From Welwitschia mirabilis (Eukaryota), in assembly GCA_051453625.1 (NCBI GenBank), contig JBOZIK010000001.1, positions 8,073,780-8,122,721 of the forward strand: a stretch of 48,942 nt of DNA, given 5' to 3'. The first letter of the stretch is position 1. Every line of letters starts with the position of its first letter. The notes beneath the pieces are model-generated. The model did not search any database. It was not told the DNA's origin and saw only the letters and a program-made list of their open reading frames with translations. This document shows positions 25,558 to 38,799 of this stretch, in pieces. The position numbers and the translations under genes were made by a program.

Positions 25558-28500
25558 TTTTAGTCTCATTAATCCATTTAGATTTCTCTATACTTATAGG
25601 TTTATAGGATGTAGGCTTGTTGTCATCTTTTTATTGTTTGAGAGCCCTTAGCATCTGTTCATTAATTTAGACTATTTGTTGAAGGATATAATTAATGTTT
25701 TCCTTGGTTATCTTAGTCTTTTATTCCGGGAGTAAGATGAGATTAAAGTGTGTTGAAAGAAGATTTGACAACACCTTCTAAAAATATCTAAAAGTATCTT
25801 TGAAGGATAGTGAGATGGATTGTTAAAAATATGAAGATATGGGTAAGGGTAATGAAGGATATGAAAATGAGGATTAAGAATAAGGATTAAAAAATAAAGG
25901 GTATGGAAAGGACAATGTAGGTTAAGGATTATGAGGGATGAAGGTAGGTGAGGAACCAAACTCTTGGTTCATAATAGGGATTTTCAAATTTAAAGGCATA
26001 AGGAGGTTGATCTAAGTATGAAGGGGATTGAAGATACTCCTCAAAGGTCTATTTATTATCAAAAAGATCCAAGGATTATAGTTGGTATGAGTTACATTAA
26101 AGGTAATCCTCTAGAATTTGTTTTGATCTANNNNNNNNNNNNNNNNNNNNNNNNNNNNNNNNNNNNNNNNNNNNNNNNNNNNNNNNNNNNNNNNNNNNNN
26201 NNNNNNNNNNNNNNNNNNNNNNNNNNNNNNGTGTGTTGGAAGAAGATTTGACGACACCTTCTAAAAATATCTAAAAGTATCTTTAAAGGATAGTGAAATG
26301 GATTGTTAAAAATATGAAGATGATGGGTAAGGGTAATGAAGAATATGAAAACGAGGATGAATAATGAGGATTAAAAAATAAAGGGCATGGCAAGGATAAC
26401 ATAGATTAAGGATTATGAGGGATGAAGGTAGGTGAGGAGACAAACTCTTGGTTCATAATAGGGATTTTCAAATTCAAAGGCATAACGAGGTTGATCTAAG
26501 TATGAAGGGGATTGAAGATATTCCTCAAAGGTCTATTTATTATCAAAAATATCTAAGGATTATAGTTGGTATGAGTTAAATTAAAGGTAATCCTTTAGAA
26601 TTTTTTTTGATCTAATAAAGTCTCCTACAGTTCATTTGGATTGTTCATGATTTTAGAAAATATAGGGATAAATAAGTTTCTATTTGGAAGGTGTTTGAAA
26701 TAGATTTGGTGTCCAATCCACTTCTGAGTTATGGTTTATGATTTCAACTAAAATGTTCATGTTTCTTAACTATTTTTAGTTTTAGAGAAAGCTTGTAAGT
26801 TGAAATGATTTAGAGAGGTCATAGAAGGTAACTATTAAAGTTTTAGGGCATTTAGAGTAGGAAAGCCAGTGACACTAGTCAAGATAGATAGTGACATTGG
26901 TTTAGTTGAGTAAAATAGTTTAGAAAAAGACAGAGGTTGGCTTTAGACCAATGCAAAATAGTTTAGGCTAAAGGATCTAAGAAATTTTCGATAGCAACCC
27001 AAAAGGACTCTAATTTTGTAAAATTTTAACCTAGAAAATTAACCTAGATGTTTTAAATTTTCTTAAAAATTTAAATAGAAATAAAATTGGATAGAACTAA
27101 AAAATTTACAAAGATTTACAAAAATCAGAAAAATATGAAATACACAAAATAAATTATTGAGTTTAGATCAGTTTTAATTCATGATCTTTGGTACAATTGC
27201 ACTTGTAGAGAGTCATTAGACCTACAACATAAAATATCAAATATATAAATGAAATTTTAGCTTATTATATTAGAAACTAAACTTAGTAATTTAAACTAGT
27301 TTAGGTTTTATGAGAAAATCACTAGTACCAATCATTAAAAGGAAAATAAAACACACGAGAAAAAGAGAAAAGGACCAGTTGGGTATCACTAGAAATGGAT
27401 CAACACCCACCACTGGAAAAATAAAAACTAACTAAAAAATTTTAAGAAGAAAATCATGTACTCTTGAAAAAATTACTATACTGATATCCTTAATAATAGT
27501 GTCAAAATCTAATCATAGCTTTGTAGTAATTTAGATTTATTTGAGTTTACCCTTAAAATCATTCTTTCACAGGGATATATGTAGTAACTTAATTAAAAGA
27601 TACAATATTATAATAACTTATAATAAAAACTATAATAACAGAAAATCAAAAGTTGAAAAGTAAGTTGATCTTTGATTGATGACATAAAAGAACGAAAATG
27701 CTCTAAAAGTTTACTCGATTTGTTCANNNNNNNNNNNNNNNNNNNNNNNNNNNNNNNNNNNNNNNNNNNNNNNNNNNNNNNNNNNNNNNNNNNNNNNNNN
27801 NNNNNNNNNNNNNNNNNNNNNNNNNNTAAACTAGTTTAGGTTTTATGAGAAAAGCACTAGTACCCATCATTAGAAGGAAAATAAACACACGAAAAAAAGA
27901 AAAAAGAACCAGTTGGGTATCACCAGAAATGGATCAACACCCACCACTAGAAAAATAAAAATTAACTAAAAAAATTTTAAGAAGAAAATCATGTACACTT
28001 GAAAAAATTACTATATTGATGTCCTTGGTAATAGTGTTAAAATCTAATCATAGATTTGTAGTAATTCAGATTTATTTGAGTTTATCCTTAAAATCATTCT
28101 TTCACAGGGATATATGTAGTAACTTAATTAAAAAATACAAGATTATTATAACTTATAATGGAAACTAAAATTAAAAAAAAATCAAAAGTTGAAAAGTAAG
28201 TTGATCTTTGATTGATGACATAAAAGAAGGAAAATGCTCCGAAGGTTTACTTGATTTTTTCAACTCTCCACCTTTACTCTAATGATTCTTGTATCCTAGA
28301 CATAACAATTAAGTAAGCTCCACTTAAAAATAACTAATGCCAAATGAATTATGCAATAATAATAAAAGGGAGAAACCTACTTAAGAACTAGTCCTATCTA
28401 GATATTACTAATGCTAAATGAATTATGAAATAATAATGAAAGAATTAAGACTAATTATAAAACTAATCCTATCTAAATATTGCTAATGATAAATAATTTT

Positions 28501-29367
28501 ATGCATTAACAATGAGAGTGTTTAAACCAATTCTTTATTAAAACTAAAAGATATGTACATTACATCATTGGAGAAGGGTGAAGGAAAAAGACTTCTTAAA
28601 AGCCTTAAATCATTCCACCTCTAAGAAAGGTTATTAAAGAACCATGACATCCTAGCCTTTAAGTCTTTCCTACATTAAGCCAACCAAAATATGTTTACAA
28701 TTAGCACTTAAGGCAATTTTATAAACTAGGAACGTCTTGGGAAGTTTTTTCATGATTGCATTAGGTGAGTATTACGTGGACTGTCACATAAGGGATATTA
28801 TTAAAGGGCACTTACATAAGGAGGAAGTTATATTTTGACATGTAGTCATAAGAAAATATTCTTGTAATCTTATGCAAACATGGGAATGACGTGTACTCTG
28901 ACTACTGATGATGATGCCAATGAATATCATGTCATGCTTCTTCCATGTGATAACCCTCGTTGCACCACATGTTATCACGACATGTCATCCTATACTTCTG
29001 CTAAGTGTCATTAGGTTTAAATATTTATTTAAGATTAATTCTAACTTAGCCCATAAGTGCAGTGTGATTAATTTATCAAACAAGCATAGAAACATGAGTT
29101 TTGCGATGTTTTGATGTAGAAAGCCAGTGACACCTAAAGTCTTGAATAATAGTGCTGACATTATTTGCTATATTATCATAAAGTTTTGTAGTGATCTCCA
29201 CAATGCAACAATAAATCTGCTCATACTAGGGGAATGTCCATATGATGAAAAATAGTAAAAATGACAGAATACATTAATATATGATAAAATAATGCATTTT
29301 AATATTTCTTCCTATGCTAAATTTATCAATTATGCTTACTTGTAATGTTAATTTTTACATATAAATA
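25558..29367 (-). mobile_element. Family C copy 2: 5' LTR (27510/28045-29367), PBS, leader and N-terminal part of ORF-X
   Basis: LTR homologous to 40342-41863 and 45939-48529. Its end tttttacatataaata aligns to tttttgcgtgtaaaca with transitions only. ORF start reads VDWTPNLFQTPS..IYPY, as in copy 1. Confidence 0.82.
28022..28042 (-). other. Athila-type PBS (tRNA-Asp type, deaminated); duplicate at ~27487-27507
   Basis: tccttggtaatagtgttaaaa versus Athila consensus tccccggcaacggcgccaaaa. All differences are C>T or G>A. Confidence 0.8.
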
Positions 29368-30720
29368 ACAGTAATCTTGGAGAATTATTAGGAAGAGTTC
29401 TAAATTGGGTGTTAAACGCTTTCTTAAAGTCTGGTGTTGGTGATTCATTTACTTAAGCATTAAAGACATACACTTTCTTAAACATGATCTTCTTAAATGT
29501 TGATAAAGCAAGGAATTTTTGAGTTATATGATCCTTTTCTTTGTAAACATCCTAGGAAGAAACATAAATTTTAGATGTGGAGCATTTATCATGTTATTTT
29601 TCTACTTTCACATGCTTGGGATTTGAAGAAACTTCCCCTTAAGGTTGAATTGAAAGTATAGATTAAAGATGTAACATCAGAAGTGAATGAAGTGAAGGGA
29701 GAGGAGTTTATAGCTTTCACATCTTTCATTAGTTCTCTCATGGTTTTTGTTTCTAATTTAGATTTGTCATGGATTAATTTTTACTCATGTCCTAAATTTT
29801 CTCTAACTTTTTTCAAGCAGTTGTAGAATATTTATCTAAAATGCCCCCATCNNNNNNNNNNNNNNNNNNNNNNNNNNNNNNNNNNNNNNNNNNNNNNNNN
29901 NNNNNNNNNNNNNNNNNNNNNNNNNNNNNNNNNNNNNNNNNNNNNNNNNNNNNNNNNNNNNNNNNNNNNNNNNNNNNNNNNNNNNNNNNNNNNNNNNNNN
30001 NNNNNNNNNNNNNNNNNNNNNNNNNNNNNNNNNNNNNNNNNNNNNNNNNNNNNNNNNNNNNNNNNNNNNNNNNNNNNNNNNNNNNNNNNNNNNNNNNNNN
30101 NAAGTATAGATTAAAGATGTAACATCAGAAGTGAATGAAGTAAAGGGAGAGGAGTTTAGAGCTTTCACATCTTTCATTAGTTCTCTCATGGTTTTTGTTT
30201 CTAATTTAGATTTGTCATGGATTAAGTTTTACTCATGTCCTAAATTTTCTCTAACTTTTTCCAAGTGGTTGTAGAATATTTATCTCAAATGCTCCCATCA
30301 CTTTTGAAATCAACAATTTTTTAGTGCAAGGATTAAGTCCTTCAAGGAAATAACCTACAACTTGATAAGTTTAAGGTTTATTACTTGGGTTTTATATGAT
30401 AAAACCAATGAAGCACTCTTCCTCATTCTTTTGAGTGAATATAATGGACCACATCTTAGCCTTCTTTTTAAGGATCAAAGGGAAAAACTTTCAAGAAGAT
30501 TCTATTAGTTATTTTTTTATCAACCATTTTGCTATTTGCTCAATTCCTATAAGGTGGCTATAGGGATTCCCATGATCATGCCCATGGAAGGTGGGATATA
30601 CTATAAGATTATGAATTTTAGTGTCCTCTAGTAAAAGAATAGGATTATTAGATCTTTTTATATAATTCAATAGTAAATCTCTTAGAGAAGTGATTAGAAT
30701 ATTATAAGTGCCCATTTTAT
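29368..30720 (-). pseudogene. Element B gag remnant
   Basis: ORF 30509-30715 SLRDLL...PTFHGHDHGNPYSHLIGIE (cf. LPTFHG..ENPYSH..FE) and QVVGYFLEGLNP (~30350). Truncated at 29368 by the family C LTR. Confidence 0.85.
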
Positions 30721-31892
30721 TATGGGAAAGTTTTCCTAGGATAAAATTTTAAAAGGAAGAGAGGTTTTTAGCTTTCTTCAAAGTTTCATACTAGAAGGAA
30801 AATTGATGTTTGACAAGAAGATATTTAGTTTCTATTTTAAATTCAAAAGGAGAATACATCTTAGAGGATTTAAACAACACATCTTTGATATTTTCTTTGA
30901 TCAATATTAAATCACTATTTAATCCTTAAAACATATGAAGACATAAGATAATAAGGCTTTTATAATATTAAATAAAACCACATAATATAGCCAACATACA
31001 TTAGCCACTATGTCCAAGGTAAGAGAGAGCACAAGGCCTTATTACCTAGATCATATAAAAGTAGCCCTTTAAACTTTCTTTAGATGCAACATGNNNNNNN
31101 NNNNNNNNNNNNNNNNNNNNNNNNNNNNNNNNNNNNNNNNNNNNNNNNNNNNNNNNNNNNNNNNNNNNNNNNNNNNNNNNNNNNNNNNNNNNNNNNNNNN
31201 NNNNNNNNNNNNNNNNNNNNNNNNNNNNNNNNNNNNNNNNNNNNNNNNNNNNNNNNNNNNNNNNNNNNNNNNNNNNNNNNNNNNNNNNNNNNNNNNNNNN
31301 NNNNNNNNNNNNNNNNNNNNNNNNNNNNNNNNNNNNNNNNNNNNNNNNNNNNNNNNNNNNNNNNNNNNNNNNNNNNNNNNNNNNNNNNNNNNNNNNNNNN
31401 NNNNNNNNNNNNNNNNNNNNNNNNNNNNNNNNNNNNNNNNNNNNNNNNNNNNNNNNNNNNNNNNNNNNNNNNNNNNNNNNNNNNNNNNNNNNNNNNNNNN
31501 NNNNNNNNNNNNNNNNNNNNNNNNNNNNNNNNNNNNNNNNNNNNNNNNNNNNNNNNNNNNNNNNNNNNNNNNNNNNNNNNNNNNNNNNNNNNNNNNNNNN
31601 NNNNNNNNNNNNNNNNNNNNNNNNNNNNNNNNNNNNNNNNNNNNNNNNNNNNNNNNNNNNNNNNNNNNNNNNNNNNNNNNNNNNNNNNNNNNNNNNNNNN
31701 NNGTAGTTGTAAAAACCCTGTAATAAAGAAGAATTTATGGAAGGATAGAGCAATCAAGATCAAAGAATTTGTAGACTAATCCATTTGCTTATTCACTACA
31801 ACATTCATTAAAGCATATATAGTTAGAAATATTTTACCTTTCTTGCAATCCTAGTTAAATTTCCTTCTTTTCTTATAAGTACTTACTTGACT

Positions 31893-31910
31893 TCCCAAAC
31901 AATAGCACAA
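31893..31910 (-). other. Element B PBS (Athila tRNA-Asp type, degenerate)
   Basis: tcccaaacaatagcacaa lies 5 nt before the LTR start tgatg at 31916. Confidence 0.65.
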
Positions 31911-31915
31911 AAATG

Positions 31916-33523
31916 TGATGGAGTCTTTGTTAGCCTTGTTTAATGATATTTTTCCATCTTTAAGCATGTTTTCCAACTGTCATATCCATTGAAGTCAAGA
32001 GGTTAAATAGGAGAAAAATAGAGAAGAATGTAGAGAAAAGAGATAATGAGACATGAGCTATTTCACAAAGTGGATTAATGCAAAAATTATAAAGGAAATA
32101 ACAATGTAAGAATATGCAATCCACTATATCACTGTAGTTAGAGGTCAACTAACTAGTCTCATACTATGTATCAATACCTTAATCATGGAAAAAATAATCA
32201 ATAAACTAATATAAAATTTAAGAATCATGAAAAAAATCTTTATTAAGTCAAAAACCAAAGATGCATGACTTGCATCGAGTTGTTGAACACAAGGGCCTCA
32301 CGTCAACTCACAAGAAAGGACAAGGAATCTTATTTCAATTCTCCCCTTTTCGATGGCTTTCTTTCTCCTTACAAGATTTTGTCACCCTTTTTAGGATTTT
32401 AAAAATAAAATAAATAAGAACAATTTCTTTACTTTTATAGCCTATGAATTAGTTATGAAGTTATTAAAGTAGTTATCAAATTACTATTATGATCGCTTAT
32501 TGCATCATTATGTGACCTTCAAGTACGATGATTTTCATTTATAATTATAGAAATTATCACTGGGATAGTTAATGAGTGATTATCAAGTGACAATGATCAT
32601 AGACTATTAGTGTGAATATTATTGCCTAGAGCATTCTAAGGTGATATGTAAGTAGCAATGATATTAAACTGTAAGTATAGAACTCATCATTGGATGTGTC
32701 ATGAGATGATGACATAGGTCAACGATCTCAAACTGTAAATATGGAGCACATTACTAGTATCATTGTTAGGTGACCTATAAGTAGCAATAGTTTCAATTTT
32801 TTTAGTGTGGTTACTAATTCGTCACTCTAATGATGATGTTGAATTAAGAGTATCACTTACTTTATTACTAAACAATGAATTTGCTACAAGTGAGAATGAC
32901 ATTATCTAATTCTTTGTGAATTCCAAAAGTTAAAGTCTTAATATTTAAAATTATCCTAGGGTATTAAAATTAATCTTCTNNNNNNNNNNNNNNNNNNNNN
33001 NNNNNNNNNNNNNNNTTATAATTATAGAAATTATCACTAGGATAGTCAATAAGTGATTATCAAGTGATAATGATTATAGACTATTAGTGTGAATATTGTT
33101 GCCTAGAGCATTCTTAGGTGATATGAGAGTGATAATGATATTAGACTATAAGTATGAAACTCATCATTGGATGTGTCATGAGGTGGTGACATAGGTCAAC
33201 AATCTCAAACTGTAAATATGGAGCACATTACTAGTATCATTACTAGATGATCTGTAAGTAGCAATAGTCTCAATTTATTAATGTGGTTACTAATTCGTCA
33301 CTCCAATAATGATGTTGAATTAAGAGTGTCACTTGCTTTATTACTAAACAATGAATTTGCTACAGGTGAGAATGAAATTATATAATTCTTGATGAATTTC
33401 AAAAGTTGAAGTCTTAATCTTTAAAATTGACCTACGGTATTAAAATTAATCTTCTAAGCTTCTTGAGCACACTTAATTATTGCAACTATTAGATAGCATA
33501 GATCTAATTTTAAATTTTTATTA
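31916..33523 (-). repeat. 5' LTR of element B (about 440 bp present twice around the gap)
   Basis: Colinear with 6926-8057. End aaatttttatta aligns with aaatgtttatca. Confidence 0.85.
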
Positions 33524-36500
33524 AAGATAGAAAATTAAGTAAAAAAAAGGTTTAGTGTTTCAAAGGTATCTTAATAATTAGAAGTCCAATTAAAATATGT
33601 GTTCTTGATAAGAAGGTTAGTTAAGAGTTTTAAAATCTTAAAATAAATCTTAAATAAATATCCCATTGTATCTAGCATGTTCAATAAAATCTAATATGTT
33701 TGACACTTCTACAAAAGCAAAGATAAATGATAAGTTGAATCTTAGCAAGCTACATTTTCATTAATAACTTACTTGTCTTGGAATAGTACCTTTAATAATC
33801 ATGAAATGATAGTTATCCTAGTTATTAAAAATATTTTTCTCCTTAGGGTAAGAAAATGGTCTAAAAAATATAATAAGTATTTAAAAATTTCATCAAAATA
33901 GGAAAATTCTCCATGAAAAATTTTGTGGATTCTTTAATCACATCAAAGAATATACACATAATGCATCATTAAAAGGTATTTACAGTAGCGCATCAACTAA
34001 AAAGCATTTGTTTATAGGAATAGATTTCACATGGGCATGTAAATGTTGTTCTTTCATTAATCTTTAGGAATTATTTCTATTTAGTTATATCTTGAATATT
34101 CATTTACAAAATAGTAATACTTATGATATGCTAATGTTTCCAAGATTTAATAAACAAATGATAAAGGAAAATGGTCCTTATGAGTTATAATGTTAAGTTT
34201 GCTATAGTTGTTGCGCATCTACCTTCTTATTTTTCCTCTAGGAAAATTAGCTCATTATTNNNNNNNNNNNNNNNNNNNNNNNNNNNNNNNNNNNNNNNNN
34301 NNNNNNNNNNNNNNNNNNNNNNNNNNNNNNNNNNNNNNNNNNNNNNNNNNNNNNNNNNNAATAAATATCCCATTGTATTTAGCATGTTCAATAAAGTCTA
34401 ATATGTTTGGAACTTCTACAAAAGCAAAGATAAATGATAAGTTGAATCTTAGCAAGCTACATTTCCATTAATAACTTACCTATCTTGGAATAGTACCTTT
34501 AATAATCATGAAATGATAGTTATCCTAGTTATTAAAAATATTTTTCTCCTTACAATGGGTAAGAAAATGGTCTTAAAAAAATCATAAGTATTTAAAAATT
34601 TCATCAAAATAGGAAAATTCTTCATGAAAAATTATATGGATTCTTTAATCACATCAAAGAATATACACATAATGCATCATTAAAAGGTATTTACAGTAGC
34701 ACATCAACTAAAAAGCATTTGTTTATAGGAATAGATTTCACATGGACATGTAAATGTTGTTCTTTTATTAATCTTTAGGAATTATTTTTATTTAGTTATA
34801 TCTTGAATATTCATTTACAAAATAGTAATACTAATGATCTGTTAATGTTTCCAAGATTTAACCAGCAAACGATAAAGAAAAATGGTCCTTATGAGTTATA
34901 ATATTGAGTTTGCTATAGTCGCTGTGCATTTACCTTCTTATTTTTTCTTTAGTAAAATTAGCTCATTATTTTCAGTTTTAACTTGAATAATTTTAGACCT
35001 TCTAAGATAATTTACTTTGACTTACCCATTAACTATCAAAAATTAGATAAATAATGTCATAATTTAAAATCTTAATAATTTATTTCATTACTAATTCTTT
35101 CATATGAAAATTAAGTACAATTGAGGCTTTCCACTAGGATTAACATTTTCTTCTAAGTGAATTTTATGTATACATATAATAAAATAAAACCTATTAGATT
35201 AGAGATGGTTCATTATATATTCATTTTATGTTATTTGAACATAGATATTAAGTATTATCCTTAAGAATTTAGTAATTTTTTAGAGATAACTTTAGTATAA
35301 GACTTACTATATCCTAAAGGTGCATATTCTAGATCTTTAAGAAAAGGTTTAAGTTTAACATTAAAAACACACTCTTTGGAAGCTTCTTGTTTAGATGATC
35401 ATGGTTAAGTCTAGAATTTATCTTTCTAATTTGATCACTTATTATTAAAATTCTTATGTATAGAAAGTGCTAATTTTTCATAAGTTTTACATTGTGGATG
35501 GTTTTCTAAGAATGATAAATACTTAAAAATTTTAGCTTCATTAACCTCAAGTAGATCAAAATCTTCTATGTCATTCATACAGTTACTTCACATGGAAGTA
35601 AAGATTTGTAACTTTTTATTCATGTTTTAAAATGATACTTTTACTACTTTATTCTATAATTGATTAAGAAATTAGAGTTTTTTGGGAATGAACTTCTTAA
35701 GATTAGCAAAAATCCTTTTAGGTTATCTTCCATTGCTAAAACTATAAAGTTAAATAAGTAGTAAAAGTTGTTAATTTGTACTAGGACATCTTTCACTATT
35801 CCCTTATAAATTTTAGTGAATAGTCTATGAATTATAAAATTATTTTAGTTTATTTAGCCCTTTCAACCAAGTTCTTTATATAATTCATATTGCATTAAAT
35901 TCATTCTAGCTTTTAAGTCTAATAAGACTTTAGCAATTATCTTATCACCTATGACACAAGTGATTGTTAGGAAACTGAGATCTCTAAACTTTAGTAGATG
36001 TTTATTTTAAAATTTAACACTTACTTATTGAGTTAAGAAATAATTTTTCTTTACATTCATTATTCTCTTTACTAAACACATATATTTAAGGAATATTTCC
36101 TATGAAAACACTTTTTTAATAGCATCTAATATAGGAATTTTAATTTTTACTTCTTTAAATATTTCACAATATCATGCTTCAAGGTGTTTATTTTATAGAG
36201 TTATAAGATACCTAGAAAATTGGGAATTTTTAAGCATATATATAATTTTTAAGCTTAAGATTTTATTGAGTTTTGGGATTAAATGAAGAGGGGTTTTCTT
36301 TGAGTGATTGAACATATTTATTAATCTAAGTACCACTTCTTAGTGAGATAAGATTGACTACTCTAACTTCTTCTTATCCTTTAATCATGTTAATTATTTT
36401 TAGGTTAGAAAGATATTGAGCTAGAAAAATGATGTTTTTCTATTTGATTAATCGAAGATAATAAGTAAAATTTATCTTAAAAGAGTTAATTCATCTCTTA

Positions 36501-37170
36501 TTCTAGATGTTTAAGAGTTTGAGCTTTTTAAGTGTTGATTTTAGTTTAGTTACTATTATTTGATCTTTGAATTTATGTGAATTTGTTTAGAACATTCTCT
36601 AATGATTTAATTTAAGGTTGATTAAATGTTTGTAAAGTATAAGATTCATTTTGTTAAGACTTCTAGGAAAATATAAAATAATTTTTCATTTTGATTTTTG
36701 TGAATCTTGATATAAGAATAACCATGTCTATTGTTGTTATGTCAAAAAGTGTTTCTTGTATTACACATTATTAACCTACTCAAATATTATATCTTTATAA
36801 ATATAAATAGAGGGATATTCATCCATTTCATATTCATTAGAAGCACATATAGCACATATAATAGCTCCACTATATTTATGTGATTTTAATAAGTTAAGTT
36901 ATTCTAATTGTTTGCTATGATGTTTAATTTTTATCCATGTTTGTTTCCTCATCTAATTTATATTTTTTTTTGACTTTTGGCTTTAAATGATTGAGTTTGA
37001 TTAGTTAATATTTGGATCTAGATGGTTATTTTTAGTTTTTAGCACTTTTTACTATGTCTTATAAAGTGTTCTAGACTTTATTTAGTTCTTTAGATGTGAT
37101 AGTTCTACATTTGTCATCTCAATTAGTTGCCTAATTTATGATATTAATCCATTATATAAGAAGTTAGATG
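33524..37170 (-). pseudogene. Element A gag (3' part), aspartic protease and reverse transcriptase (degenerate)
   Basis: FLYNGL..IRQLIEM (~37150), CAICASNEYEMDEYP knuckle (~36850), ISLRSG, IFKEVKIKIPILDAIK, KFRDLSFLTITCVIG...VLLDLKARMNLM (~35950), TTFTCP..SYKQMLFS*CA..TF**CIM (~34740), FETLN at the B junction. Confidence 0.9.
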
Positions 37171-37174
37171 ATCT

Positions 37175-38271
37175 TGGAAGAAGGAAGAGCTAAAGAGAGC
37201 TAGGGTTTAGAGTTATTATAGGAGAAGGGTTTATAGTAGTAATGGCACACACTGATAAGCAGTGCTTTAGATAATACATCTTCAATGCACAATCTTTTTG
37301 CTTATTTTTACAATAGATTCTTTCATTCATTTGGGTAAGTAGAGTGGAGTGTAGTTGAGTAGAGTAGTGGTAGGATATCCAAAGTAGTGTGTTATCCTTG
37401 CACTATTTCAATAGGTTCCTTGGTAATACGAATGTTGTAAAAACCCAAAAGGGTTAAGTAGGAGAATTAAAGCCTTATAATAGTTTTCCTATCCTTAAGG
37501 AAGGTTTTTTCACTAGTGTACCATTACCTCTAAAAATCCAAAAGGGTAGGCTTAAGTGGCTTTAAGGCATTTAATGTAGTGGAAGCTTTAGTAACATCAA
37601 GAATAGTAACATGTAGTAGGTAGTAGGTAGTAGGTTGCATCTTTAAGGGACAAGGTAAATCCAAAAATTGGTAGTTAAATCTACAAGGGCTAAAACCTAA
37701 GTAGGTGTAATGAAAAAAGGCAAGCAATAAAGCTTTCCTAATTTGAACTTTGAATCTTAACTAGAGGATTTAATTATGAGGACAAAAATCCTAGAATTCT
37801 ACCCTAAGTACCTTAAAGCCCATTTCAAGGATAGCCTGACTGAGAAGCTTTATTTTTTAGGAAGTCTTCCATTCATTAAAAAGATTAGACTTTAATGTGA
37901 CTATAAGTTTCTATCCAAATGTAAGGTAATCTATCTTCACGATGGTTCTTTTCATTTTGTATTTTAAATAGAAGAAGATATGAACAAATTGTTCTTGAGA
38001 GGGACTTATTGTTTTGACAGATGAGGGTTAGTCCTAACAATATGATCACCATTTATCCTAAACAAGGTTAGTATATTTAAAAAGCTATCAGTACGGTTAT
38101 ATATATGAAACTCTCACTTAGAGATATGCCACTAATTTTTTAAGTAACTAGTTAATATTATGGGTGAATTCATTCATTCTTATAAAAGCATAGATTATAT
38201 AGTATAAGAATGGCATCAACTAGTACATTTATCTATATGAAGTCAAAAAAGTTTAAAGCCAGTAAGGTAAT
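37175..38271 (+). mobile_element. Second L1-type LINE, 5' UTR and ORF1 fragment (duplicate at 39845-40341)
   Basis: Homologous to ~23280-24285: DGSFHFVF*IEEDMNKLFLRGTYCFDR*GLVL...SPFILNK. Interrupted at 38272 by the family C LTR. Confidence 0.85.
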
Positions 38272-38691
38272 TATTTGTATGTAGCAGTGAATTAGTTTTA
38301 AGTAGGTAAAACCTATTATTGTTCTTCCACAAGGACATATGTGATAACTTTGTAAAAGATACATAAAAATTATAACTTAAAATGAAACTAAAATAGACTA
38401 AAAATTAGAAAGCTAAGAAGAAAATGATATTTAATTGATAATGTAAGAAAATGAAAATGCTTCAAGGATCTAATCGATTTACTTAATACTGCACATTTGC
38501 TTCAATTATTCTTGTATCCTAAAACATAAAATGGAAATTATAAAGTTAATAAGGCTTGATGTGAAGGCATAACATCATCCACCACATGAGTTTTAGTGAG
38601 TTATTCAGTCCTCCTAATACTTCACAACCCTTCATAAGCATGAAAAGTATGAACCAAAGTGCATAAGATCCATCAAACAATAACAACAAGG

Positions 38692-38799
38692 AAATCACAA
38701 AAGTAATCTCAAATAGCTCACTCGATGTGAAAGAACTTAATAATAAAATCACAAAAGTAATCTCAAATAGCTTACTCAATGTGAAAGAACTTAACAATT
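38692..38799. repeat. 54-bp tandem duplication inside the family C LTR
   Basis: aaatcacaaaagtaatctcaaatagct...gaaagaacttaa starts at 38692 and again at 38746. It accounts for the internal repeat in ORF 38546-38812. Confidence 0.9.

Larger units (their letters stand above)
6926..33523 (-). mobile_element. Element B: Athila-type Ty3/gypsy element nested in the pol of A; protease/RT not seen
   Basis: Direct repeats 6926-8057 and 31916-33523, both starting tgatgga. PBS at 31893-31910, purine tract beside 8057, gag 29368-30720, RNaseH-integrase 18490-21195. Flanks gacat/aagat are a possible decayed 5-bp TSD. Confidence 0.85.
421..37170 (-). mobile_element. Element A: decayed Athila-type Ty3/gypsy LTR retrotransposon, outermost host of the nest (5' end lies outside the window)
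   Basis: Minus-strand domain order gag (37170) - protease - RT (33524) | insertion of B | RNaseH - integrase (6925-5270) - extra ORF (~3500-2600) - LTR-like block ending ~1847. The frame is continuous across the B insertion. Linking the extra ORF and LTR to the same element is inference. Confidence 0.75.

Noticed and set aside
29371..29375. gtaat after a family C LTR, matching gtaat before the LTR at 38272, as a shared TSD
   Set aside because: The LTR ends at 29367, so the word is offset by 3 nt, and the geometry is wrong for a single element.
31046..31779. Long ORFs in the track (also ~10857-11178, 29836-30189, 40544-41085, 46248-46629, 47065-47631)
   Set aside because: They are open only because they run through N gaps.
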